Of a stretch of DNA of 64,000 nucleotides, positions 51,220 through 59,652 are shown piece after piece. This stretch comes from Nitrososphaeria archaeon (GTDB lineage: Archaea; Thermoproteota; Nitrososphaeria; JACIWG01), in NCBI GenBank assembly GCA_049969935.1, contig JBMFNX010000001.1, forward strand, positions 77,270 through 141,269. The letters run 5' to 3'. The position numbers and the translations under genes were made by a program. Each line of letters opens with the position of its first letter. Position 1 is the stretch's first letter. The notes below the pieces were generated by a model. It worked only from the letters and a program-made list of their open reading frames with translations. It had not been told where the DNA came from and made no database searches.

Positions 51220-51487
51220 AGAAATTAGAACTTACTGTGCAAGATGTAAATCACATACTTTACATTCTGTATCAATTTATAAAAAAGGTCGGGAACGAAG
51301 ATCATCAGCTGGTGCACGCCATCATGAAAGAGATAAGAAAGGATATGGTGGACAAAAGTTCCCTGAACTTGTACGTACAGCTAAGACAACAAAAAAAGTT
51401 ACCTTAAAACTTAAATGTAAACAATGCAATTACATACACCATCGAGAAGGTGTACGTTTAAGAAAATCTGAAATAGTTGAAAGGTGA
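51206..51487 (+). CDS. rpl44e: ribosomal protein L44e (eL42)
   Basis: The product reads CARCKSHTLHSV...KFPELVRTAKTTKK...CKQCNYIHHREGVRLRK. Confidence 0.85.
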   Translation: MKIPKEIRTYCARCKSHTLHSVSIYKKGRERRSSAGARHHERDKKGYGGQKFPELVRTAKTTKKVTLKLKCKQCNYIHHREGVRLRKSEIVER

Positions 51488-51702
51488 CATTTAGATTGGC
51501 CAAAAAAGAAAAAATATTATTACCAAAGCCAAAGAGTGCTTTTTATTTAGTAGAATGTCCCAATTGTAAGACCCAAAAAATAGTTTTTTCGCATTCAACA
51601 ATAAACGTTAAATGCCCCTCATGTAGTTCGATATTATGTGAAAGTACTGGAGGTAAAGCGGTAATAAAAGGTAATATAGTAAGAAGGCTAGACCAAGTTT
51701 AG
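51484..51702 (+). CDS. rps27e: ribosomal protein S27e (eS27)
   Basis: The product carries CPNCKTQKIVFSHSTINVKCPSCSSIL, a C4 zinc ribbon. Confidence 0.85.
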   Translation: MTFRLAKKEKILLPKPKSAFYLVECPNCKTQKIVFSHSTINVKCPSCSSILCESTGGKAVIKGNIVRRLDQV

Positions 51703-51746
51703 ATAAATTTTTATTAATAAGAATTTCAATAATAAAGGGGATAAAA

Positions 51747-52493
51747 ATGTTCCTAGCAAGAAGTGAAAGCCCAGAAGAATGGAAAGCTGTATCCTTGGCA
51801 ATTTCTACATTAGTTGAAGAAGCCACATTCGAAGCCACCCCTCAAGGAATAAATTTCCGAGGAATGGACCCCTCCCATATTGCTCTAATTGACCTGAATT
51901 GGCCTAACACTGCATTTGAGAAATACGAATGTTCTGAACCAATAAAAATAGGGGTGAAAATCGAGGATCTTGTTAAATTTATAAAAAGAGCATCTTCAAG
52001 AGACAAAGTAGAACTTGAAATGAAGGAAAACACTCTTTTAATTAAACTATTTAATTCATATAAAAGAGAATATATTTTACACTTAATAGAACCATATAGC
52101 ACTTCTACACCACTTCCAAAAATACCACTAAATTCAAAAATTGTAATAAAGACAAAAGCTTTAGAAAAACTACTAGACGATATTCAAGTAGTTTCAGAAA
52201 CAGTTACCCTAACAACAAACAAGGATCAACTTCTATTAGAAGGACAAGGTGATACAGGTGTTGCAAAAGTTATAGTTGACAAAACAAATGAAGATCTAAT
52301 TTCCATTGATATAAAAGAAGAGAGTTCATCTACATACAGTTTACCACATTTAGTTGATATAATAAGTGCCCTTTCTACCGTATCGGAAAATGTTACACTC
52401 GAATATTCATCCAAAATGCCTATTAAACTAAATTTTAAAATTGGCCCATATGGAATTGATTTAAATTATTACCTTGCACCAAGAATTGAATAA
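51747..52493 (+). CDS. pcn: DNA polymerase sliding clamp PCNA
   Basis: The 248-aa product has the two-domain clamp pattern, beginning MFLARSESPEEWKAVSLAISTLVEEATFEATPQGINFRGMDPSHIALIDL. Confidence 0.85.
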   Translation: MFLARSESPEEWKAVSLAISTLVEEATFEATPQGINFRGMDPSHIALIDLNWPNTAFEKYECSEPIKIGVKIEDLVKFIKRASSRDKVELEMKENTLLIKLFNSYKREYILHLIEPYSTSTPLPKIPLNSKIVIKTKALEKLLDDIQVVSETVTLTTNKDQLLLEGQGDTGVAKVIVDKTNEDLISIDIKEESSSTYSLPHLVDIISALSTVSENVTLEYSSKMPIKLNFKIGPYGIDLNYYLAPRIE

Positions 52494-52564
52494 ATAGCCT
52501 TATAGTAGCTATAAAGGTTAGAAAAGTTATAACCAACTCATCTTTACCCTTCTATGATTTAATT

Positions 52565-53353
52565 ATGCCAAAAAAGGATTTTCAATTACCAGAAGAGGGT
52601 GAAGTTGTCTTAGCTACTGTAACAGAAATAACACCCTATGGTGCTTATGTCACATTAGATGAATATGGTGGTATTCATGGCTTTCTTCACGTATCTGAAA
52701 TATCATCAGGATGGGTTAAACATATTGATAGATATGTAAAAGAAAATCAGAAAATTATTCTAAAGGTTATAAGGGTTGATAAAGTTAGACGAGAAGTCGA
52801 CCTTTCCTTACGCCAGTTAACAGAAGAAGAACGAAGAAATAAATTGATTCTAATAAAGAAAGAGGAAAAAAGTAGAAGTGTTCTAAAGAAAGTTGCCTTA
52901 GACCTACAGATTCCTGAGCAAATTTTACAAAGTTATATTGAAAAAATCTTAGAAGAGTATACTTCACTATATTCTATGATTGACGTCTTATTGCAAAAGG
53001 GGCCTTCAATTTTAACAAAAATTTCCCTTCCAGAAGACTTCTCCCAAAAAGTGTACGAGGTTGCAAAAGAGAAACTTTCTCCCCCTCCAGTAGTTGTAAA
53101 TGAAATAATACAAATCACTTCTACTGCCCCCAATGGATTAGATATAATTAAACAGGTTCTAGGTTCGGCTATCATTCTAAAAAATGAAAATAATATATCC
53201 GTAAGCATTAAATATGTTGGTGCACCAAATTATCGCCTATCTCTTTCAGCACCAAATTATAAGATTGCCGAACACTTCTTAAAACAAGTTAACGATTTAC
53301 TCCAAAAGGAAGCTAAAAAAAATAGATGTGAACTTCAAATAAAAAGGGTTTGA
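52565..53353 (+). CDS. eif2a: translation initiation factor aIF2 alpha subunit
   Basis: The N-terminal S1 domain is GEVVLATVTEITPYGAYVTLDEYGGIHGFLHVSEIS, followed by helical and C-terminal alpha/beta domains. Confidence 0.85.
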   Translation: MPKKDFQLPEEGEVVLATVTEITPYGAYVTLDEYGGIHGFLHVSEISSGWVKHIDRYVKENQKIILKVIRVDKVRREVDLSLRQLTEEERRNKLILIKKEEKSRSVLKKVALDLQIPEQILQSYIEKILEEYTSLYSMIDVLLQKGPSILTKISLPEDFSQKVYEVAKEKLSPPPVVVNEIIQITSTAPNGLDIIKQVLGSAIILKNENNISVSIKYVGAPNYRLSLSAPNYKIAEHFLKQVNDLLQKEAKKNRCELQIKRV

Positions 53354-53363
53354 AGTGAGTAAA

Positions 53364-53514
53364 AATGAAATCATTACTAAAAAAGTGTCCTAAATGTCTA
53401 TTATATACATTAAAAGATTTATGTCCAAAATGTGGTTCTCAGACAATTTCTCCTCATCCACCTAAATTTTCTCCCGATGATAAATATGCATACTTAAAAA
53501 GTTTAATACGGTAA
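53364..53514 (+). CDS. nop10: H/ACA ribonucleoprotein component Nop10, which requires a +1 frameshift or a 1-nt correction at 53460-53466
   Basis: Frame 0 gives MKSLLKKCPKCLLYTLKDLCPKCGSQTISPHPP, then TAA. The +1 frame continues KFSPDDKYAYLKSLIR to the TAA at 53512-53514, which completes the conserved Nop10 C-terminus. Confidence 0.55.
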
Positions 53515-53527
53515 TACCCCTTACATG

Positions 53528-55615
53528 TTATAGCTTGACTTTATAGATAAGTACCTGTAGATAGGAGTTAAAGGATGACTTGTATACTAACTCAAAATAG
53601 GGGTCACCGGTTTCACCAATCTTCTGATAATAGTAGTAAACTGTTATTATCTGATTACCATATTGTGCTTGAGTTGGGAACCATGGAAGCATTTTTCCTA
53701 AAAGTGTTTTTTCCCAAAAATATTCTGTAGGTTGATTACTACTTTCATTGTAGTATTTTTTCTCATCCAATCCAGCAATCCTCGCCATCCAAGGGAATTT
53801 ACTCTCATCTCCTCCCCCTCCTATCCAATACACTCCTTGCTGAATTTGTTGTCCAACAGTGAATACGACAACATATATATTGTTTTTTCCAGGTGCAAGT
53901 TCCTTTATCATACTTATAGCCTCTGTTTCATTTGATAGAAACATTTTACCCACCAACGCTATTTTTGTTGAATTTAATGTCGCATTATCAACTAGAGTTG
54001 TTCTATTGCCTATGACTCGTATCCAATATCCATAGTCCCACCAAGAAATAATAACAGAATCTTCAGGTGTTCGATCATGGATAAATGATAATGCATCTAT
54101 CCAGTCGTTGCTTATGACTTTAAATGCGGTAGAGCCCGTAACAAGAGATACAGGTTGATCTGCATAGCGAATCCATATGCCACAGTTGAAGACCATAATG
54201 ATCAAAAAGAAGGCAATAAAAACTAACTTAAAACTAGTATTAGTGTTTTCCAAACCCTTCTTTTTTAAAGAAAATCTAGAAGACTGTGAAAGTAATGTTC
54301 TTATAATAACTAGTATTCCGACACCGCCCAAAATTGATAGACTAAACGTTAAATAAATCATTAATCTACCGAAAGAAGCAGCAAAATATAAAGCGGTTAT
54401 TGCAATAATTATTGCAGAAAATTTTTTAATTTCAATGTTTTTGAGAATATAATAGATACTGAATCCACTAAAAAATAGTGTGATGGAGAAAAAGGTGAAG
54501 TATTCAACAGCTGTTGATGAAGCATGCTCTGCAACTGATTCAACAAGCGGTTCATGTGATATCTCAAATGGAAGGATGACAGAAAAATATCTTGCAGTCA
54601 GTGTTCCTATTGCACCAAAGCTAACCAAAACTAAGCCTAGTAGAACAGCTGTTAAGACTGAATAAATCTTATCTTCAATCTTTATTTCTTTTCTCTCCTC
54701 TTTAAGCATCAAAAAAAAGCAACTTAATATTCCAATATATATTACAAGATTTGCTGGATTAACGATAACCATATAACCCGGCTTCTTAAAAATCATACTA
54801 ACAAGCAAATTCCATATGGTTAAAACTATTGTATGCTCAAAAAATACTTTATAAGATCTAACAAAAAATAATGAAGCCAAAACTAGAATTCCCAGAGTCC
54901 CCACAAAATACATTGCTCCCCCCCAAATTGTCATAGAAAGCCCCAACAAAATTCCAGCAACTGAAGTTTCAACTAAACTTTTAATAGAAACATTCTCTTT
55001 CTCAACAATTTTCAAAAATAAAATAAAGACCACTATGCCAAAAAGATAGGCTAGAGGTTCAGTATCCCACCATCCAAACGAATCACGCGATATTAACGGT
55101 GGCGATAGAGCAGAAAATAATCCTGCAAAAATTCCTACAGCCTCTCCGCCTATTTCTTTTCCTAAAAAGTAGATTGCTAACGAAATTAATCCACCAGTAA
55201 CAACTGGTAGTAAAACCAAGAAATCATATAAGCTAATATTCAGCTGAAGAATGTTCCTGGAAAAAAGGTATAAGAAGGCACCTAAATAATGGAGCCCACT
55301 AAAGGAGGTTGAAGCCACATCCCTACCTTCAGGATACCATGCCATTTTGTCTATCCAATTAAAATAGTCAAATATACCGGCAAATCCATTTTTATCAAAA
55401 CTTTTTACAATATATTCAGTAGACATATACTGGAAGTATGGGTCAAACTCGTTAAGATAGAATCCATATTGAGCAGAAAGTAATCTTACACCGACAGCTA
55501 AAATAAATATTAATGTGAGAGAATAAATAAGCAGCATTTTCTCTCTTTTCAAAAGAGGTCTTGCAAGTGTTCTTTGAGTGGTGAAAAATTTTATTATAGT
55601 GCTCATGTGCTCCAC
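53528..55615 (-). CDS. aglB: archaeal oligosaccharyltransferase AglB (STT3 homologue)
   Basis: The product has 13 N-terminal transmembrane helices and the WWDYGYWI catalytic motif, plus DxD-containing loops. It is 695 aa. Confidence 0.85.
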   Translation of the reverse strand: MEHMSTIIKFFTTQRTLARPLLKREKMLLIYSLTLIFILAVGVRLLSAQYGFYLNEFDPYFQYMSTEYIVKSFDKNGFAGIFDYFNWIDKMAWYPEGRDVASTSFSGLHYLGAFLYLFSRNILQLNISLYDFLVLLPVVTGGLISLAIYFLGKEIGGEAVGIFAGLFSALSPPLISRDSFGWWDTEPLAYLFGIVVFILFLKIVEKENVSIKSLVETSVAGILLGLSMTIWGGAMYFVGTLGILVLASLFFVRSYKVFFEHTIVLTIWNLLVSMIFKKPGYMVIVNPANLVIYIGILSCFFLMLKEERKEIKIEDKIYSVLTAVLLGLVLVSFGAIGTLTARYFSVILPFEISHEPLVESVAEHASSTAVEYFTFFSITLFFSGFSIYYILKNIEIKKFSAIIIAITALYFAASFGRLMIYLTFSLSILGGVGILVIIRTLLSQSSRFSLKKKGLENTNTSFKLVFIAFFLIIMVFNCGIWIRYADQPVSLVTGSTAFKVISNDWIDALSFIHDRTPEDSVIISWWDYGYWIRVIGNRTTLVDNATLNSTKIALVGKMFLSNETEAISMIKELAPGKNNIYVVVFTVGQQIQQGVYWIGGGGDESKFPWMARIAGLDEKKYYNESSNQPTEYFWEKTLLGKMLPWFPTQAQYGNQIITVYYYYQKIGETGDPYFELVYKSSFNSYLQVLIYKVKL

Positions 55616-55663
55616 CCTATAACAAAAAATGTTATAAAGTTAAAGTTTTTTCTTTTACATTGC

Positions 55664-56642
55664 TGTGTTGAATAACTGTTTTGTATGGTGTTTTTGTTTG
55701 TTGTTTCTTTATGGGTTTATTTTTGTGAATAGGTTGTAGGTTGTGGCTTTGAGTAGTAGTTCGTTGGTTATGTTGTTCCATTTGGTTGATGTTATGTGTT
55801 CTCTGAAGGTTCTTTTGAGTGCTGATATTGCTGATTCTGCTATCCATCTTAATGTGTAGTTGTGCTTCTTCTTCCATAGCTTTGGGTCTTTGAGCTGCTC
55901 TATTGCTGTGACCTTTCTTGGCATGCATCCTCTGGCTTTTGTTGACGTGTTCTTTCTCACCTTTATACAAGGTTCTATGTTTCTCTCATGTAGGTATGTG
56001 ATCTTTTGTATCGTATGCTCCTATAACCTTAGTAGCTTCAGCCTTCTTTGATGCATCCTCTACCAGTGGTTTGAGCATCATCCCCAGTATCCTCCTTTGT
56101 TACTTTCATGGATACTATCTGCTTACTCTTCACATCAACAGCTAGATGGATTTTTATGAACCCTCTTCTAACACCCCACTTACTCCTGATCCACTCACCC
56201 CTATTAGCTACCTTAACACCAGATGAATCAACAGCTATAATCACATCCTCCTTGATCGATGGGTTGAGGTCAACATTCATCCTCGAAACCCTCCACCATA
56301 TCGTAGTATAATCAAGGAGCCTTCAAACCATCAACATATGCAACTAAAGCCCTAACAAACCCCTCAAGCTGCCTAAAAGGTAGAAGATAAGCATGCAATA
56401 TAGCTAAAAGCTTCATAAACGATTCAGGGTATCTGAATCTTGCACCCTCCTTACCATCATTCATAGCATCAACCTCACTAGACCAGCTAGATACAAAGCC
56501 CATATCTAAGAGGATCTCACCCCTCCTGACAAGAGCCTCATTATAACCACTCCAATTTCTTGCAGAAGACATACCAACCAAATAGCAAAAACCAAACATT
56601 AAACACAAAAACAATAGACAAACAAGCCAGTTATTCAACACA
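55664..56642 (-). mobile_element. IS-like element of about 980 bp with 15-bp perfect terminal inverted repeats and a decayed (frameshifted) IS5-like DDE transposase gene
   Basis: The left terminal inverted repeat is TGTGTTGAATAACTG at 55664-55678, and its reverse complement CAGTTATTCAACACA lies at 56628-56642. Three consecutive minus-strand ORF fragments are present. The one at 56312-56641 carries the N-terminal ...YPESFMKLLAILHAYLLPFRQLEGF. The one at 56038-56280 carries the DDE core IAVDSSGVKV...RRGFIKIHLAVD. The one at 55709-55960 carries the C-terminal RWIAESAISALKRTF. The plus strand is strongly G+T-skewed, unlike its flanks. Confidence 0.6.
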
Positions 56643-56702
56643 CCATTAAAAACAAAATTTTTTTATATTACATAAGAGATCATTTCTTGTGGCGGCTCCA
56701 GT

Positions 56703-57950
56703 TTGAGGTACTTGAGAATCTGTTTAATCGTACTCCTTTGCACGGCCATGATATTTACATTCTTTCAAGCGCACGCTCAGACGGGTAAAATTGTGTATGT
56801 TCCAGACAGTTTTCCAACAATACAGGCTGCAGTCAATGCAGCATCACCAGGGACAACGATAGTTGTAAGAGATGGAACATATAGGGAGAACATTGTTGTT
56901 GAAGAGAAAAATGATCTAGTTATAAGGTCAGAACATGGGCCGAAAAACACAATAATATGTAATACTGGAGAAGCTAGTGACGCATTCATCATCGAATTGA
57001 CTGCATGCACAAATATTGTTCTACAAGGTTTCACAATAGTTAATGACAAAGACCTAGTGGCTCACGGAATAAAAATAATGTCAGACAAGGTGAACGTTAC
57101 AAACAATATTATAAGGGGACCTAACATTAACACGGCAGTAGTCGTTGACACATGTAGGCGGATAATGTTAGAAAACAATACCTTCAGAGAAACTTTCAAC
57201 GGCATACAAGTCGACCGCTCAAGTTATTGCATGATCAGAGCCAATCTAATAATCGGCATGAACAATTACGGAATACATCTTAGACACAACAACGACCATA
57301 ACATGATAGACCATAATATTATTTCATCAATACAAAGCACCACTCCACAGATTGTTGCCGCTGGAATAATAATAGACAGCGATTGGAACAGTAAGATAAC
57401 ATTTAACAGTATAGTCGGCTGCCAAGTAGGTATAACGGTAAATTCTCCAGGAGAATCGATCTACTTAAACCAGTTTGTGGATAACGGCAAACATATTTCA
57501 ATCCAGATGGCTAACACGACATGGAATTCAAGCCCACTAGACTACATTTACGATGGGAAAAAGTTTCATGGCCCTTTAGGAAACTATTGGGACGATTATA
57601 AGGGTGTTGACCAGAACCATGACGGAGTAGGAGATACGCCATACAAGATTTCTGAAGCGCAAGTAGACAACTATCCTCTAATGGAACCAATCAATTCCTA
57701 TACAATAATATCGTCTACTACACAAACTTCGACCACAACATCTACAACATCACCTAAAACAAGCACTTCAACCACGCAAACGATAACGTCTACAGCATCA
57801 ACTACACATACAACATCATCCTATACCACTACATCCACGGTTCCAACAACTTCAGGGCCTCCGATTGAAGTTCTAATTATTGCAGTTATATTATTGTTGG
57901 CTATAGTCTTAGCAATAATATTATATGCACGGAGTAGGAAAAGAGTGTAA
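56703..57950 (+). CDS. secreted right-handed parallel beta-helix (pectin-lyase-fold/NosD-like) surface protein with a Thr-rich linker and a C-terminal transmembrane anchor
   Basis: A signal-peptide-like N-terminus (MRYLRICLIVLLCTAMIFTFFQAHA) is followed by repeated NN(I/T)I...G beta-helix turns. A linker reads STTQTSTTTSTTSPKTSTSTTQT..., and the C-terminus is a transmembrane helix plus RSRKRV. Confidence 0.5.
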   Translation: MRYLRICLIVLLCTAMIFTFFQAHAQTGKIVYVPDSFPTIQAAVNAASPGTTIVVRDGTYRENIVVEEKNDLVIRSEHGPKNTIICNTGEASDAFIIELTACTNIVLQGFTIVNDKDLVAHGIKIMSDKVNVTNNIIRGPNINTAVVVDTCRRIMLENNTFRETFNGIQVDRSSYCMIRANLIIGMNNYGIHLRHNNDHNMIDHNIISSIQSTTPQIVAAGIIIDSDWNSKITFNSIVGCQVGITVNSPGESIYLNQFVDNGKHISIQMANTTWNSSPLDYIYDGKKFHGPLGNYWDDYKGVDQNHDGVGDTPYKISEAQVDNYPLMEPINSYTIISSTTQTSTTTSTTSPKTSTSTTQTITSTASTTHTTSSYTTTSTVPTTSGPPIEVLIIAVILLLAIVLAIILYARSRKRV

Positions 57951-58065
57951 TTATCATGGCATCCCCCTTTTTATTGGCAAATAAAATAAATGGCTGCTTG
58001 GGAACATATAGGAATAATTTTGTCAAACTTATGTTTAAATAGAAGATTTTGTAAAATCATGTCAT

Positions 58066-58452
58066 ATGACACACCTTGAAGAGGTGAAGATTTTGAGGAG
58101 AAGGGCAAAGGCTTTCTATGGTAAGGCCCTAGACAGTTTAAATAGTGGAGATTATGATTTAGCTTCATTTCTTTCAGAGCAGGCGGTCCAATTACATCTT
58201 AAATCCATTTTATTAGAGGAATTAGGTGAATATCCTAGAACCCATTCTATTTCATACTTGTTTTCCATAATTAGTAAAATATCTGGATACAATAATCTTA
58301 TAAAATTTTTTGAAGATAATAGGATGCAGTTCCGTCTTATGGAGGATGCGTATATATCTTCAAGATACTTAATAAGAGAATATACAAGGGATGAGGCTCA
58401 AATGTTGTTAGATTTAGCTAAGGAGGTTCTAAGGTATGGAAAAATATATTGA
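58066..58452 (+). CDS. HEPN-domain protein, the putative toxin partner of the downstream nucleotidyltransferase
   Basis: The product is a 128-aa all-helical protein. The HEPN-like signature is SEQAVQLHLKSILLEELG...THSI with a C-terminal R(x)4-6 motif region (SSRYLIREYTRDE). Its 3' end overlaps the MNT gene by 17 nt. Confidence 0.55.
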   Translation: MTHLEEVKILRRRAKAFYGKALDSLNSGDYDLASFLSEQAVQLHLKSILLEELGEYPRTHSISYLFSIISKISGYNNLIKFFEDNRMQFRLMEDAYISSRYLIREYTRDEAQMLLDLAKEVLRYGKIY

Positions 58453-58780
58453 CACCTTAATTGAGAGGGCAAAAATGGTTAGGGAGTGGAGAAAATATAT
58501 TCCAAAGTTGGTTAAAGCAATAGAGGAAAAGGTTCCCGATGCAAAGATTTACGTTTTTGGAAGTGCTGTAAAAGGTGAAGCTGTCGCAGGAAGCGACATA
58601 GACATTTTAATAGTTTCTAAAAGTTTTCCAGAAAGCAATATTAGAAGGGCTGAAATAAAGGTGGAGATAGAAAAGCTTGCTGGACTACCATACTATCATC
58701 CATTTGAATTCCATTTAGCTGACGAAAGCGAGCAGAAATGGTATTTTGATAGAGTCAAAGAGTTAGAGAGTATAAATTAA
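58436..58780 (+). CDS. minimal nucleotidyltransferase (MNT, Pol-beta superfamily), putative antitoxin
   Basis: The motif is VFGSAVKGEAVAGSDIDILIV (GSx9-11DxD). The product is 114 aa. Confidence 0.75.
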   Translation: MEKYIDTLIERAKMVREWRKYIPKLVKAIEEKVPDAKIYVFGSAVKGEAVAGSDIDILIVSKSFPESNIRRAEIKVEIEKLAGLPYYHPFEFHLADESEQKWYFDRVKELESIN

Positions 58781-58875
58781 AAATAAAGTGTTCTAAACCA
58801 TTTTATACCTTAATTTTTGTGCTCACAAAGTTTATAATCTAATATTTTATTAGATTAAAAAAGGTATGGTATAGG

Positions 58876-59652
58876 ATGCCGTCTAATTCAACTTCTGTTA
58901 AATTAGTTAACGTTTCCAAACGCTATGGTGACATTACTGCTGTAGAAGATCTTAATTTAGAGATAAAAAGGGGAGAAATTTTTGGACTTCTTGGACCAAA
59001 TGGTTCCGGAAAATCTACGACGATCAAAATCATTTTGGGGCTAATAAAGCCTGATTCTGGATACGTAAATGTTTTGGGAACTGATGTCGAAGACGATCCT
59101 ATTACAGTTAAGAAGAGAATAGGATATGTTCCCGAGTCTCCTAAAATATACGAGTTTCTAACGGGCTTAGAGTTTCTAGACTTTACTGGAGACATTTATG
59201 GAATGTCACCTGATGAAAAGAGAAAGAGAATTGAAGAGTTCATTAAAGCTCTTGATCTGGAGGGAAGAGAAGGAGATATAATAAGTTCATATTCTGAGGG
59301 TATGAAGCAGAAGATTGTTATCATTTCTGCTTTAATGCATAAGCCTGAACTTTTACTCTTGGACGAGCCTTTAAGTGGACTTGATCCTAAGTCGGCTAGA
59401 ATCATTAAAGACCTATTGCGTCAGCTTGCGTCTCAGGGTGTTGCAACAATCATGTCAACACATATTCTTGAAATAGCTCAGGCCATGTGCGATAGGATAG
59501 GTATAATGTACAGGGGAAGGCTTCTGGCTTTAGGTACGATGGAAGAGTTGAGGCAGATGGCGAAGATGCCTGGGTCCGGGTTAGAGGACATATTTCTTAA
59601 ACTTACTGGAACAGAAGATGTTAGGCCCATAGTTGAGGCGTTGATTAAGTGA
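58876..59652 (+). CDS. ABC transporter ATP-binding protein
   Basis: Walker A is GPNGSGKST, the signature is YSEGMKQK, Walker B is LLLLDEP, and the H-loop is MSTHIL. Confidence 0.85.
   Translation: MPSNSTSVKLVNVSKRYGDITAVEDLNLEIKRGEIFGLLGPNGSGKSTTIKIILGLIKPDSGYVNVLGTDVEDDPITVKKRIGYVPESPKIYEFLTGLEFLDFTGDIYGMSPDEKRKRIEEFIKALDLEGREGDIISSYSEGMKQKIVIISALMHKPELLLLDEPLSGLDPKSARIIKDLLRQLASQGVATIMSTHILEIAQAMCDRIGIMYRGRLLALGTMEELRQMAKMPGSGLEDIFLKLTGTEDVRPIVEALIK

Noticed and set aside
55632-56641. Four separate small minus-strand ORFs annotated as independent genes
   Set aside because: They are consecutive fragments of one IS5-like transposase reading frame broken by frameshifts inside a terminal-repeat-bounded element. 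They were reported as one decayed mobile element instead.
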